64,000 nt of DNA from NCBI GenBank assembly GCA_964057225.1, contig OZ059894.1:6510001-6574000 (forward strand). Direction: 5' to 3'. Below are positions 41,801 through 52,735 of the stretch, one piece after another. A program made the position numbers and the translations under genes. The stretch is from Auanema rhodensis (lineage: Eukaryota > Animalia > Nematoda). The notes below the pieces were generated by a model. That model was not told the origin of the DNA and searched no databases. It worked only from the letters and a program-made list of their open reading frames with translations. The stretch's first letter is position 1. The number at the start of each line of letters is the position of its first letter.

Positions 41801-44800
41801 TAAAAACTTGAAGAAAAACGTAAAACGTATTCCGTTGCGGGGAATCGAACCCCGGCCTTATGGGTGAGAGCCATAAATCCTAACCACTAGACCACAACGG
41901 ATGTGATAGCTAAGCATCTTGAACCTTCAATAATCAGTCATTGCGTTTGCATTATGGCCAATGAAATTCACTTCGTGGATCATTCGCAATGTTCTTGAAA
42001 ACGTTGAGTATTGTTGTTGCCTAAGAATCAAGGTATGATTCCGTTATGGAACTTCAGAAGTAGCTTAATCTTTTAAAAACTTGAAGAAAAACGTAAAACG
42101 TATTCCGTTGCGGGGAATCGAACCCCGGCCTTATGGGTGAGAGCCATAAATCCTAACCACTAGACAACAACGGATGTGATAGCTAAGCATCTTGAACCTT
42201 CAATAATCAGTCATTGCGTTTGCATTTTGGCCAATGAAATTCAATTCGTAGATCATTCGCAATGTTCTTGAAAACGTTGAGTATTGTTGTTGCCTAAGAA
42301 TCAAGGTATGATTCAGTTATGGAACTTCAGAAGTAGCTTAATCTTTTAAAAACTTGAAGAAAAACGTAAAACGTATTCCGTTGCGGGGAATCGAACCCCG
42401 GCCTTATGGGTGAGAGCCATAAATCCTAACCACTAGACCACAACGGATGTGATAGCTAAGCATCTTGAACCTTCAATAATCAGTCATTGCGTTTGCATTA
42501 TGGCCAATGAAATTTAATTCGTAGATCATTCGCAATGTTCTTGAAAACGTTGAGTATTGTTGTTGCCTAAGAATCAAGGTATGATTCAGTTATGGAACTT
42601 CAGAAGTAGCTTAATCTTTTAAAAACTTGAAGAAAAACGTAAAACGTATTCCGTTGCGGGGAATCGAACCCCGGCCTTATGGGTGAGAGCCATAAATCCT
42701 AACCACTAGACCACAACGGATGTGATAGCTAAGCATCTTGAACCTTCAATAATCAGTCATTGCGTTTGCATTATGGCCAATGAAATTCACTTCGTGGATC
42801 ATTCGCAATGTTCTTGAAAACGTTGAGTATTGTTGTTGCCTAAGAATCAAGGTATGATTCAGTTATGGAACTTCAGAAGTAGCTTAATCTTTTAAAAACT
42901 TGAAGAAAAACGTAAAACGTATTCCGTTGCGGGGAATCGAACCCCGGCCTTATGGGTGAGAGCCATAAATCCTAACCACTAGACCACAACGGATGTGATA
43001 GCTAAGCATCTTGAACCTTCAATAATCAGTCATTGCGTTTGCATTATGGCCAATGAAATTTAATTCGTAGATCATTCGCAATGTTCTTGAAAACGTTGAG
43101 TATTGTTGTTGCCTAAGAATCAAGGTATGATTCAGTTATGGAACTTCAGAAGTAGCTTAATCTTTTAAAAACTTGAAGAAAAACGTAAAACGTATTCCGT
43201 TGCGGGGAATCGAACCCCGGCCTTATGGGTGAGAGCCATAAATCCTAACCACTAGACCACAACGGATGTGATAGCTAAGCATCTTGAACCTTCAATAATC
43301 AGTCATTGCGTTTGCATTATGGCCAATGAAATTCAATTCGTAGATCATTCGCAATGTTCTTGAAAACGTGGAGCATTGTTGTTGCTAAGAATCAAGGTAT
43401 GATTCAGTTATGGAACTTCAGAAGTAGCTTAATCTTTTAAAAACTTGAAGAAAAACGTAAAACGTATTCCGTTGCGGGGAATCGAACCCCGGCCTTATGG
43501 GTGAGAGCCATAAATCCTAACCACTAGACCACAACGGATGTGATAGCTAAGCATCTTGAACCTTCAATAATCAGTCATTGCGTTTGCATTATGGCCAATG
43601 AAATTTAATTCGTAGATCATTCGCAATGTTCTTGAAAACGTTGAGTATTGTTGTTGCCTAAGAATCAAGGTATAATTCAGTTATGGAACTTCAGAAGTAG
43701 CTTAATCTTTTAAAAACTTGAAGAAAAACGTAAAACGTATTCCGTTGCGGGGAATCGAACCCCGGCCTTATGGGTGAGAGCCATAAATCCTAACCACTAG
43801 ACCACAACGGATGTGATAGCTAAGCATCTTGAACCTTCAATAATCAGTCATTGCGTTTGCATTATGGCCAATGAAATTCACTTCGTGGATCATTCGCAAT
43901 GTTCTTGAAAACGTTGAGTATTGTTGTTGCCTAAGAATCAAGGTATGATTCAGTGCAGCTTAATCTTTTAAAAACTTGAAGAAAAACGTAAAACGTATTC
44001 CGTTGCGGGGAATCGAACCCCGGCCTTATGGGTGAGAGCCATAAATCCTAACCACTAGACCACAACGGATGTGATAGCTAAGCATCTTGAACCTTCAATA
44101 ATCAGTCATTGCGTTTGCATTATGGCCAATGAAATTCAATTCGTAGATCATTCGCAATGTTCTTGAAAACGTTGAGCATTGTTGTTGCCTAAGAATCAAG
44201 GTATGATTAAGTTATGGAACTTCAGAAGTAGCTTAATCTTTTAAAAACTTGAAGAAAAACGTAAAACGTATTCCGTTGCGGGGAATCGAACCCCGGCCTT
44301 ATGGGTGAGAGCCATAAATCCTAACCACTAGACCACAACGGATGTGATAGCTAAGCATCTTGAACCTTCAATAAGCAGTCATTGCGTTTGCATTATGGCC
44401 AATGAAATTCAATTCGTAGATCATTCGCAATGTTCTTGAAAACGTTGAGTATTGTTGTAGCCTAAGAATCAAGGTATGATTCAGTTATGGAACTTCAGAA
44501 GTAGCTTAATTTTTTAAAAACTTGAAGAAAAACGTAAAACGTATTCCGTTGCGGGGAATCGAACCCCGGCCTTATGGGTGAGAGCCATAAATCCTAACCA
44601 CTAGACCACAACGGATGTGATAGCTAAGCATCTTGAACCTTCAATAAGCAGTCATTGCGTTTGCATTATGGCCAATGAAATTCAATTCGTAGATCATTCG
44701 CAATGTTCTTGAAAACGTTGAGTATTGTTGTTGCCTAAGAATCAAGGTATGATTCAGTTATGGAACTTCAGAAGTAGCTTAATCTTTTAAAAACTTGAAG

Positions 44801-46928
44801 AAAAACGTAAAACGTATTCCGTTGCGGGGAATCGAACCCCGGCCTTATGGGTGAGAGCCATAAATCCTAACCACTAGACCACAACGGATGTGATAGCTAA
44901 GCATCTTGAACCTTCAATAAGCAGTCATTGCGTTTGCATTATGGCCAATGAAATTTAATTCGTAGATCATTCGCAATGTTCTTGAAAACGTTGAGCATTG
45001 TTGTTGCCTAAGAATCAAGGTATGATTCAGTTATGGAACTTCAGAAGTAGCTTAATCTTTTAAAAACTTGAAGAAAAACGTAAAACGTATTCCGTTGCGG
45101 GGAATCGAACCCCGGCCTTATGGGTGAGAGCCATAAATCCTAACCACTAGACCACAACGGATGTGATAGCTAAGCATCTTGAACCTTCAATAAGCAGTCA
45201 TTGCGTTTGCATTATGGCCAATGAAATTTAATTCGTAGATCATTCGCAATGTTCTTGAAAACGTTGAGCATTGTTGTTGCCTAAGAATCAAGGTATGATT
45301 CAGTTATGGAACTTCAGAAGTAGCTTAATCTTTTAAAAACTTGAAGAAAAACGTAAAACGTATTCCGTTGCGGGGAATCGAACCCCGGCCTTATGGGTGA
45401 GAGCCATAAATCCTAACCACTAGACCACAACGGATGTGATAGCTAAGCATCTTGAACCTTCAATAAGCAGTCATTGCGTTTGCATTATGACCAATGAAAT
45501 TCACTTCGTAGATCATTCGCAATGTTCTTGAAAACGTTGAGCATTGTTGTTGCCTAAGAATCAAGGTATGATTCAGTTATGGAACTTCAGAAGTAGCTTA
45601 ATCTTTTAAAAACTTGAAGAAAAACGTAAAACGTATTCCGTTGCGGGGAATCGAACCCCGGCCTTATGGGTGAGAGCCTTAAATCCTAACCACTAGACCA
45701 CAACGGATGTGATAGCTAAGCATCTTGAACCTTCAATAAGCAGTCATTGCGTTTGCATTATGACCAATGAAATTCACTTCGTAGATCATTCGCAATGTTC
45801 TTGAAAACGTTGAGCATTGTTGTTGCCTAAGAATCAAGGTATGATTCAGTTATGGAACTTCAGAAGTAGCTTAATCTTTTAAAAACTTGAAGAAAAACGT
45901 AAAACGTATTCCGTTGCGGGGAATCGAACCCCGGCCTTATGGGTGAGAGCCATAAATCCTAACCACTAGACCACAACGGATGTGATAGCTAAACATCTTG
46001 AACCTTCAATAATCAGTCATTGCGTTTGCATTATGGCCAATGAAATTCAATTCGTAGATCATTCGCAATGTTCTTGAAAACGTTGAGCATTGTTGTTGCC
46101 TAAGAATCAAGGTATGATTCAGTGCAGCTTAATCTTTTAAAAACTTGAAGAAAAACGTAAAACGTATTCCGTTGCGGGGAATCGAACCCCGGCCTTATGG
46201 GTGAGAGCCATAAATCCTAACCACTAGACCACAACGGATGTGATAGCTAAGCATCTTGAACCTTCAATAATCAGTCATTGCGTTTGCATTATGGCCAATG
46301 AAATTCAATTCGTAGATCATTCGCAATGTTCTTGAAAACGTTGAGCATTGTTGTTGCCTAAGAATCAAGGTATGATTCAGTTATGGAACTTCAGAAGTAG
46401 CTTAATCTTTTAAAAACTTGAAGAAAAACGTAAAACGTATTCCGTTGCGGGGAATCGAACCCCGGCCTTATGGGTGAGAGCCATAAATCCTAACCACTAG
46501 ACCACAACGGATGTGATAGCTAAGCATCTTGAACCTTCAATAAGCAGTCATTGCGTTTGCATTATGGCCAATGAAATTCACTTCGTGGATCATTCGCAAT
46601 GTTCTTGAAAACGTTGAGTATTGTTGTTGCCTAAGAATCAAGGTATGATTCAGTTATGGAACTTCAGAAGTAGCTTAATTTTTTAAAAACTTGAAGAAAA
46701 ACGTAAAACGTATTCCGTTGCGGGGAATCGAACCCCGGCCTTATGGGTGAGAGCCATAAATCCTAACCACTAGACCACAACGGATGTGATAGCTAAGCAT
46801 CTTGAACCTTCAATAATAAGTCATTGCGTTTGCATTATGGCCAATGAAATTCACTTCGTGGATCATTCGCAATGTTTTTGAAAACGTTGAGTATTGTTGT
46901 TGCCTAAGAAATAAAGGTATGATTCAGT

Positions 46929-49079
46929 TGGCTCTCACCCATAAGGCCGGGGTTCGATTCCCCGCAACGGAATACGTTTTACGCTTTCTTCAAGTTTTTA
47001 AATGCTCAAGCTACTTCTGAAGTTCCATAACTTAATCATACCTTGATTCTTAGGCAACAACAATGCTCAACGTTTTCAAGAACATTGCGAATGATCTACG
47101 AATTGAATTTCATTGGCCATAATGCAAACGCAATGACTGATTATTGAAGGTTCAAGATGCTTAGCTATCACATCCGTTGTGGTCTAGTGGTTAGGATTTA
47201 TGGCTCTCACCCATAAGGCCGGGGTTCGATTCCCCGCAACGGAATACGTTTTACGTTTTTCTTCAAGTTTTTAAAAGATTAAGCTACTTCTGAAGTTCCA
47301 TAACTGAATCATACCTTGATTCTTAGGCAACAACAATGCTCAACGTTTTCAAGAACATTGCGAATGATCTACGAATTGAATTTCATTGGCCATAATGCAA
47401 ACGCAATGACTGCTTATTGAAGGTTCAAGATGCTTAGCTATCACATCCGTTGTGGTCTAGTGGTTAGGATTTATGGCTCTCACCCATAAGGCCGGGGTTC
47501 GATTCCCCGCAACGGAATACGTTTTACGTTTTTCTTCAAGTTTTTAAAAGATTAAGCTACTTCTGAAGTTCCATAACTGAATCATACCTTGATTCTTAGG
47601 CAACAACAATGCTCAACGTTTTCAAGAACATTGCGAATGATCCACGAATTGAATTTCATTGGCCATAATGCAAACGCAATGACTGATTATTGAAGGTTCA
47701 AGATGCTTAGCTATCACATCCGTTGTGGTCTAGTGGTTAGGATTTATGGCTCTCACCCATAAGGCCGGGGTTCGATTCCCCGCAACGGAATACGTTTTAC
47801 GTTTTTCTTCAAGTTTTTAAAAGATTAAGCTACTTCTGAAGTTCCATAACTGAATCATACCTTGATTCTTAGGCTACAACAATACTCAACGTTTTCAAGA
47901 ACATTGCGAATGATCTACGAATTGAATTTCATTGGCCATAATGCAAACGCAATGACTGCTTATTGAAGGTTCAAGATGCTTAGCTATCACATCCGTTGTG
48001 GTCTAGTGGTTAGGATTTATGGCTCTCACCCATAAGGCCGGGGTTCGATTCCCCGCAACGGAATACGTTTTACGTTTTTCTTCCAGTTTTTAAAAGATTA
48101 AGCTACTTCTGAAGTTCCATAACTGAATCATACCTTGATTCTTAGGCAACAACAATGCTCAACGTTTTCAAGAACATTGCGAATGATCTACGAATTGAAT
48201 TTCATAGGCCATAATGCAAACGCAATGACTGATTATTGAAGGTTCAAGATGCTTAGCTATCACATCCGTTGTGGTCTAGTGGTTAGGATTTATGGCTCTC
48301 ACCCATAAGGCCGGGGTTCGATTCCCCGCAACGGAATACGTTTTACGTTTTTCTTCAAGTTTTTAAAAGATTAAGCTACTTCTGAAGTTCCATAACTGAA
48401 TCATACCTTGATTCTTAGGCAACAACAATGCTCAACGTTTTCAAGAACATTGCGAATGATCTACGAATTGAATTTCATTGGCCATAATGCAAACGCAATG
48501 ACTGATTATTGAAGGTTCAAGATGCTCAGCTATCACATCCGTTGTGGTCTAGTGGTTAGGATTTATGGCTCTCACCCATAAGGCCGGGGTTCGATTCCCC
48601 GCAACGGAATACGTTTTACGTTTTTCTTCAAGTTTTTAAAAGATTAAGCTACTTCTGAAGTTCCATAACTGAATCATACCTTGATTCTTAGGCTACAACA
48701 ATACTCAACGTTTTCAAGAAAATTGCGAATGATCCACGAAGTGAATTTCATTGGCCATAATGCAAACGCAATGACTGATTATTGAAGGTTCAAGATGCTT
48801 AGCTATCACATCCGTTGTGGTCTAGTGGTTAGGATTTATGGCTCTCACCCATAAGGCCGGGGTTCGATTCCCCGCAACGGAATACTTTTTACGTTTTTCT
48901 TCAAGTTTTTAAAAGATTAAGCTACTGCTGAAGTTCCATAACTGAATCATACCTTGATTCTTAGGCTACAACAATGCTCAACGTTTTCAAGAACATTGCG
49001 AATGATCTACGAATTGAATTTCATTGGCCATAATGCAAACGCAATGACTGCTTATTGAAGGTTCAAGATGCTTAGCTAT
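46929..49079 (+). repeat. tRNA-Glu(CTC) array, block 2 (subfamily A, inverted): one 3' half-tRNA plus 7 full copies
   Basis: Full copies start at 47173, 47446, 47719, 47992, 48265, 48538 and 48811 (273-bp period). Confidence 0.97.
47173..47244 (+). tRNA. tRNA-Glu(CTC), representative of block 2
   Basis: Same 72-nt sequence on the + strand. Confidence 0.98.
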
Positions 49080-49480
49080 TGTTATACTTTATAATTCTTT
49101 ACTTTATTCTTTCTATAATTTTTATGTATTTCTTTATTCTGTGTTTTATATTTTATATTTTATAATTCTAGTTTCTTGTCTTAGTGTATTATGTTATCAG
49201 TTATATTTTGCAGCCTCAGCATTTTCTGAGATAGTTATAATTGTCATTGACAACTTATAACCTTTCGTGGAAAATGCTGATAACATTCGCTATATAAGCT
49301 TGCCATTCAACTGAATCTTCAGTTGGCGGATTTATCTTTATCTTTATTTGTTTATTGTTTAAATGTTTTTTATTTATAATAAATCTTTCTCTCTTCCTCA
49401 AATCTTATTGTTTCTTTTACAACACATCAATCTAAGGGTCAATAACATGGAACATTAATATCCAAATCAAGGATATTACA
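49080..49480 (+). mobile_element. 5' LTR of an LTR retrotransposon (401 bp)
   Basis: Starts TGTTATA exactly where the array stops and ends TATTACA. Contains TATATAA (49291) and AATAAA (49378), and is immediately followed by a PBS. Confidence 0.8.
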
Positions 49481-49493
49481 TGGAGGTTCCACC
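49481..49493 (+). other. Primer-binding site complementary to the tRNA-Gln 3' end
   Basis: TGGAGGTTCCACC is the reverse complement of GGTGGAACCT-CCA, the metazoan tRNA-Gln 3' terminus. Confidence 0.8.
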
Positions 49494-49724
49494 TTAGAAT
49501 CTTTTTACGATTTTCGAACTCGATTAAATTATGAATTATCATTCAGTTAAAGAGAATTTATTTTTTTTGAGCTATTTCCCTGGGCTACCACCTCTCTTTC
49601 CAATTCAGTACGAAGGGTCTCACTCTTTTTTTTAATAAACAGGGTTGATATTTTGCGCAGGGTGAGATACTGAATTGGCCAACTTTTCGATATTTTTGTT
49701 TCTGCGCAGTTGTATTTTTGATTT

Positions 49725-50919
49725 TACAATTGCAGCACATCAAGGAATCATTAAAACAAAAGAAGCAATTCTAAGAAGATTCTATTGGACAAATATGCAG
49801 AACGACATTACTATATTCATCAAGAACTGCATTAAATGTGCTCAAAGAAAAAAAGATCCACATTCCATGACGGTACAACCAATAGGTCATTTTGAGATAC
49901 CAAGCAAGCCATTTGAACGAGTCCACATGGACGTAATGGGACCATTTCCCCCTTCAAAAAGAAACTGTACCTACGTCATTACCATGCAAGACGCATTTAC
50001 AAAATGGTCAACAACAATTGCTGTACCACAAATAACAACGGAAATCACAATTGACCGATTTCTACGACTTTTCGTTTACATTTTTGGACCACCTCATCGC
50101 TTGATCACCGATAGAGGTTCGAACTTTGTATCCAAAAAGTTCGAAGAAATGTGTACTAAACTTGGAATCAAACATGAACCAACACTACCACACCAAAAGA
50201 ACTCAAATGGACAAGTGGAAAGACTTCACAGAACCCTCGAAGAAGGATTAACCCACTACTTAAAAGAGGACCTTAGTGACTGGGATACTGTATTACCAAA
50301 AATCACTTTTGCTATAAACAATATTCAGCACGCGACTACAGGGATTGCGCCATACATTGCATTATTTGGTAAAGAATGCAGAATGTCAATGGACGCTGAA
50401 TTACCAGAAACGATCACCAAAATTCAAGAAATTTCTGAAGAATTACTCCAAAGAAGACCAGATATGGACAAGAGAGACGAAATAATAAAGAACCGCATAG
50501 CTAAAAATCAAGAAAATGCGAAAAAGAAGAAGGATAGAACGCAAAGAGCACACCATAGAGACATTCAACCGGGCGACATGGTGATGACGACCATAAAATC
50601 ACACCAAATCGGCCAAAAGCTTCGGAAAAGCTATGATGGACCATACGAAGTCATCAACGTAGAAGGATCAAAAGTTCAAATCAGAAATTCATCAGGAAAA
50701 CTACAAGATATCCACAAAGATAACTTGAAAATCTTCTCTCCTGCTTCACAAAACATCTCTTACAACACTCGCGCAAGATTTCGAGAAAGTCAAGCAGAAG
50801 AAGATAGCGACATCGAAATAATAGAAGTGATCAACAGGAACAACAAAGATAGCATAGATACAGAGCCAGAAGATGAAAATGAAGACGAAATATGGCTTCC
50901 GAGGAATGAAAAAGAATAA
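49725..50919 (+). mobile_element. Ty3/gypsy-type integrase, 5'-truncated pol remnant (no gag, PR, RT or RH)
   Basis: Partial zinc finger HQG...FYW...CIKC, catalytic HMD...TDRG-x35-E (GQVER), GPY/F module (YDGPYEV) and acidic tail. No stops. The TTG start given in the ORF track lies in non-coding leader sequence. Confidence 0.93.
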
Positions 50920-51058
50920 CAACAAGATAATGCTACGTTATTCAAATTATTGTAACAAAATAACGATGAATTAGAAAAAAAAAATTTTATGCTAAATAAC
51001 ATTCAAAATAAAAATAGCATTTAATAGAGATTGAAAAAGGAAAAATAAGGCAAATTCT

Positions 51059-51332
51059 AAACGAGGAGATGTTATGACTAATGGTTCCAAGTTACCGTAA
51101 TCCTATGCGGACTAGAGGACATTTTGACAACCATCAGAGCTCCATGTGCCTCCTCAAATAAGATGAGATAAACACTGGTAGGCGTATAAACCACAATTTC
51201 ATCTTAAGTGGTAGTCTCCATTAGTAATCAAGGATTCACTCTGGGAGACATATGGAGACACATTATTAAATCATAATCTCGGTTCAATTTAGAAATGAGT
51301 ACTTCTTGAGACCATTAGTCAAAATAATAACA
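51059..51332 (+). mobile_element. Polypurine tract plus putative 3' LTR (51070-~51332) not matching the 5' LTR
   Basis: AAACGAGGAGA abuts TGTTATGACTAATGGT, with a complementary end ACCATTAGTC(AAAATA)ATAACA and TATAAA at ~51185. The right boundary is uncertain. Confidence 0.6.
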
Positions 51333-51984
51333 TATTCCCATTCATTACTAGACCCTTATTCTACAATCTCTATTAGGAAATGCTTCAATATTAAGAGAAT
51401 TAATTTATGAAATTAATAATATTCTAATTCATCGTTACTTTATATTATATCGAACCCTTCTTATAAATTATTGTAATTTTGTTTTTATACTAATTAAAAC
51501 TCTATCATACTATAGTTATTGTGAAGCTAAAACAATTGAACTCTAAAACTCAGTTACATATAAGCCCAAATTTTTGTTTAAAATATCGCGAGGTCGCGAC
51601 AATCTTTGAAAAAGGGCACGTTCCATTCGGAGACTCTATATATGTAACTGCAGGGTTAGAGCCAGACCGACTAGAGGAATGTGGAATGGCACCGCCTTCC
51701 CTCATGCCCCTATTCGGGAGTTCACCCCTTTGCAAGCCCATGGACGGTTTGTATCTAACTTAGTTAATCTTATATATTAGTCTTTGTCTTGTAAATGTAG
51801 TTTACTTTATCCTTGTGTTATTGTATTGTAATGATATTGTATTGTGTATAATAAACCTATATATTTCCTTATCTTATGTAATCCTTATGCTCTGTTTCCA
51901 TACCGCTACACTTATGGAATACTATACGCGTAGTTGAGCAGACTACAATGGTCTGTTCAATATACGTAGGAGCATAATGGAACG

Positions 51985-52387
51985 GTTGTTGCCTAAGAAT
52001 CAAGGTATGATTCAGTTATGGAACTTCAGAAGTAGCTTAATCTTTTAAAAACTTGAAGAAAAACGTAAAACGTATTCCGTTGCGGGGAATCGAACCCCGG
52101 CCTTATGGGTGAGAGCCATAAATCCTAACCACTAGACCACAACGGATGTGATAGCTAAGCATCTTGAACCTTCAATAATCAGTCATTGCGTTTGCATTAT
52201 GGCCAATGAAATTCAATTCGTAGATCATTCGCAATGTTCTTGATTCGCAATGTTCTTGAAAACGTTGAGCATTGTTGTAGCCTAAGAATCAAGGTATGAA
52301 TCAGTTATGGAACTTCAGAAGTAGCTTAATCTTTTAAAAACTTGAAGAAAAACGTAAAACGTATTCCGTAGCGGGGAATCGAACCCC
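51985..52387 (-). repeat. tRNA-Glu(CTC) array, block 3 (subfamily A): one full copy (52075-52146) and a 3' fragment cut by the MULE
   Basis: About 1.5 units in minus orientation, with a 16-bp local tandem duplication at ~52228-52259. Confidence 0.95.
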
Positions 52388-52735
52388 GGGTGGCGGACGT
52401 TTCGTCGTCTCTAGTTTGTGAACTAGTTCAGGCTGATCATTAGAGGGCAAACTTTATGATAATGTGCTGACAACTGTCAGTGTTCATGTAACTCGGGGTG
52501 CTATTAAAGCTATAAATCTATAGAAGTCAGATATAAGTGGCTACATACCTTGAAGTGCCATCAAAATATAAATTGAAAAAAGCAGAAATTAAAATAAACA
52601 TACAGTTCTATCAACCAGGCTATCATCAAACAGTTTCAAGTCAACAGTTACGTGAGTTCATAGTAATAGTTGTTAGTTCATCTTTTCTTTCGATAAGTTT
52701 GCTTATTCACACTTTCTCATCTTTTCTCGTTCATC

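Larger units (their letters stand above)
23678..46929 (-). repeat. tRNA-Glu(CTC) tandem array, block 1 (spacer subfamily A): 87 tRNA copies in 273-bp and 258-bp units
   Basis: tRNA copies begin at 23749, 24022, 24280 ... 46713. The two unit lengths differ by TATGGAACTTCAGAAGT versus GC. Confidence 0.98.

Noticed and set aside
49441-49460. LTR1 ending at ATAACA 49447 followed by TGG
   Set aside because: TGGAACATT matches no tRNA end I recognise and forms part of a hairpin. The TGG at 49481 gives a 13-nt tRNA-Gln match.
49675-50919. Domesticated stand-alone integrase gene (Gin-like)
   Set aside because: No proper start, an incomplete Zn finger, and a PPT plus LTR-like sequence downstream, so it is a pol remnant.
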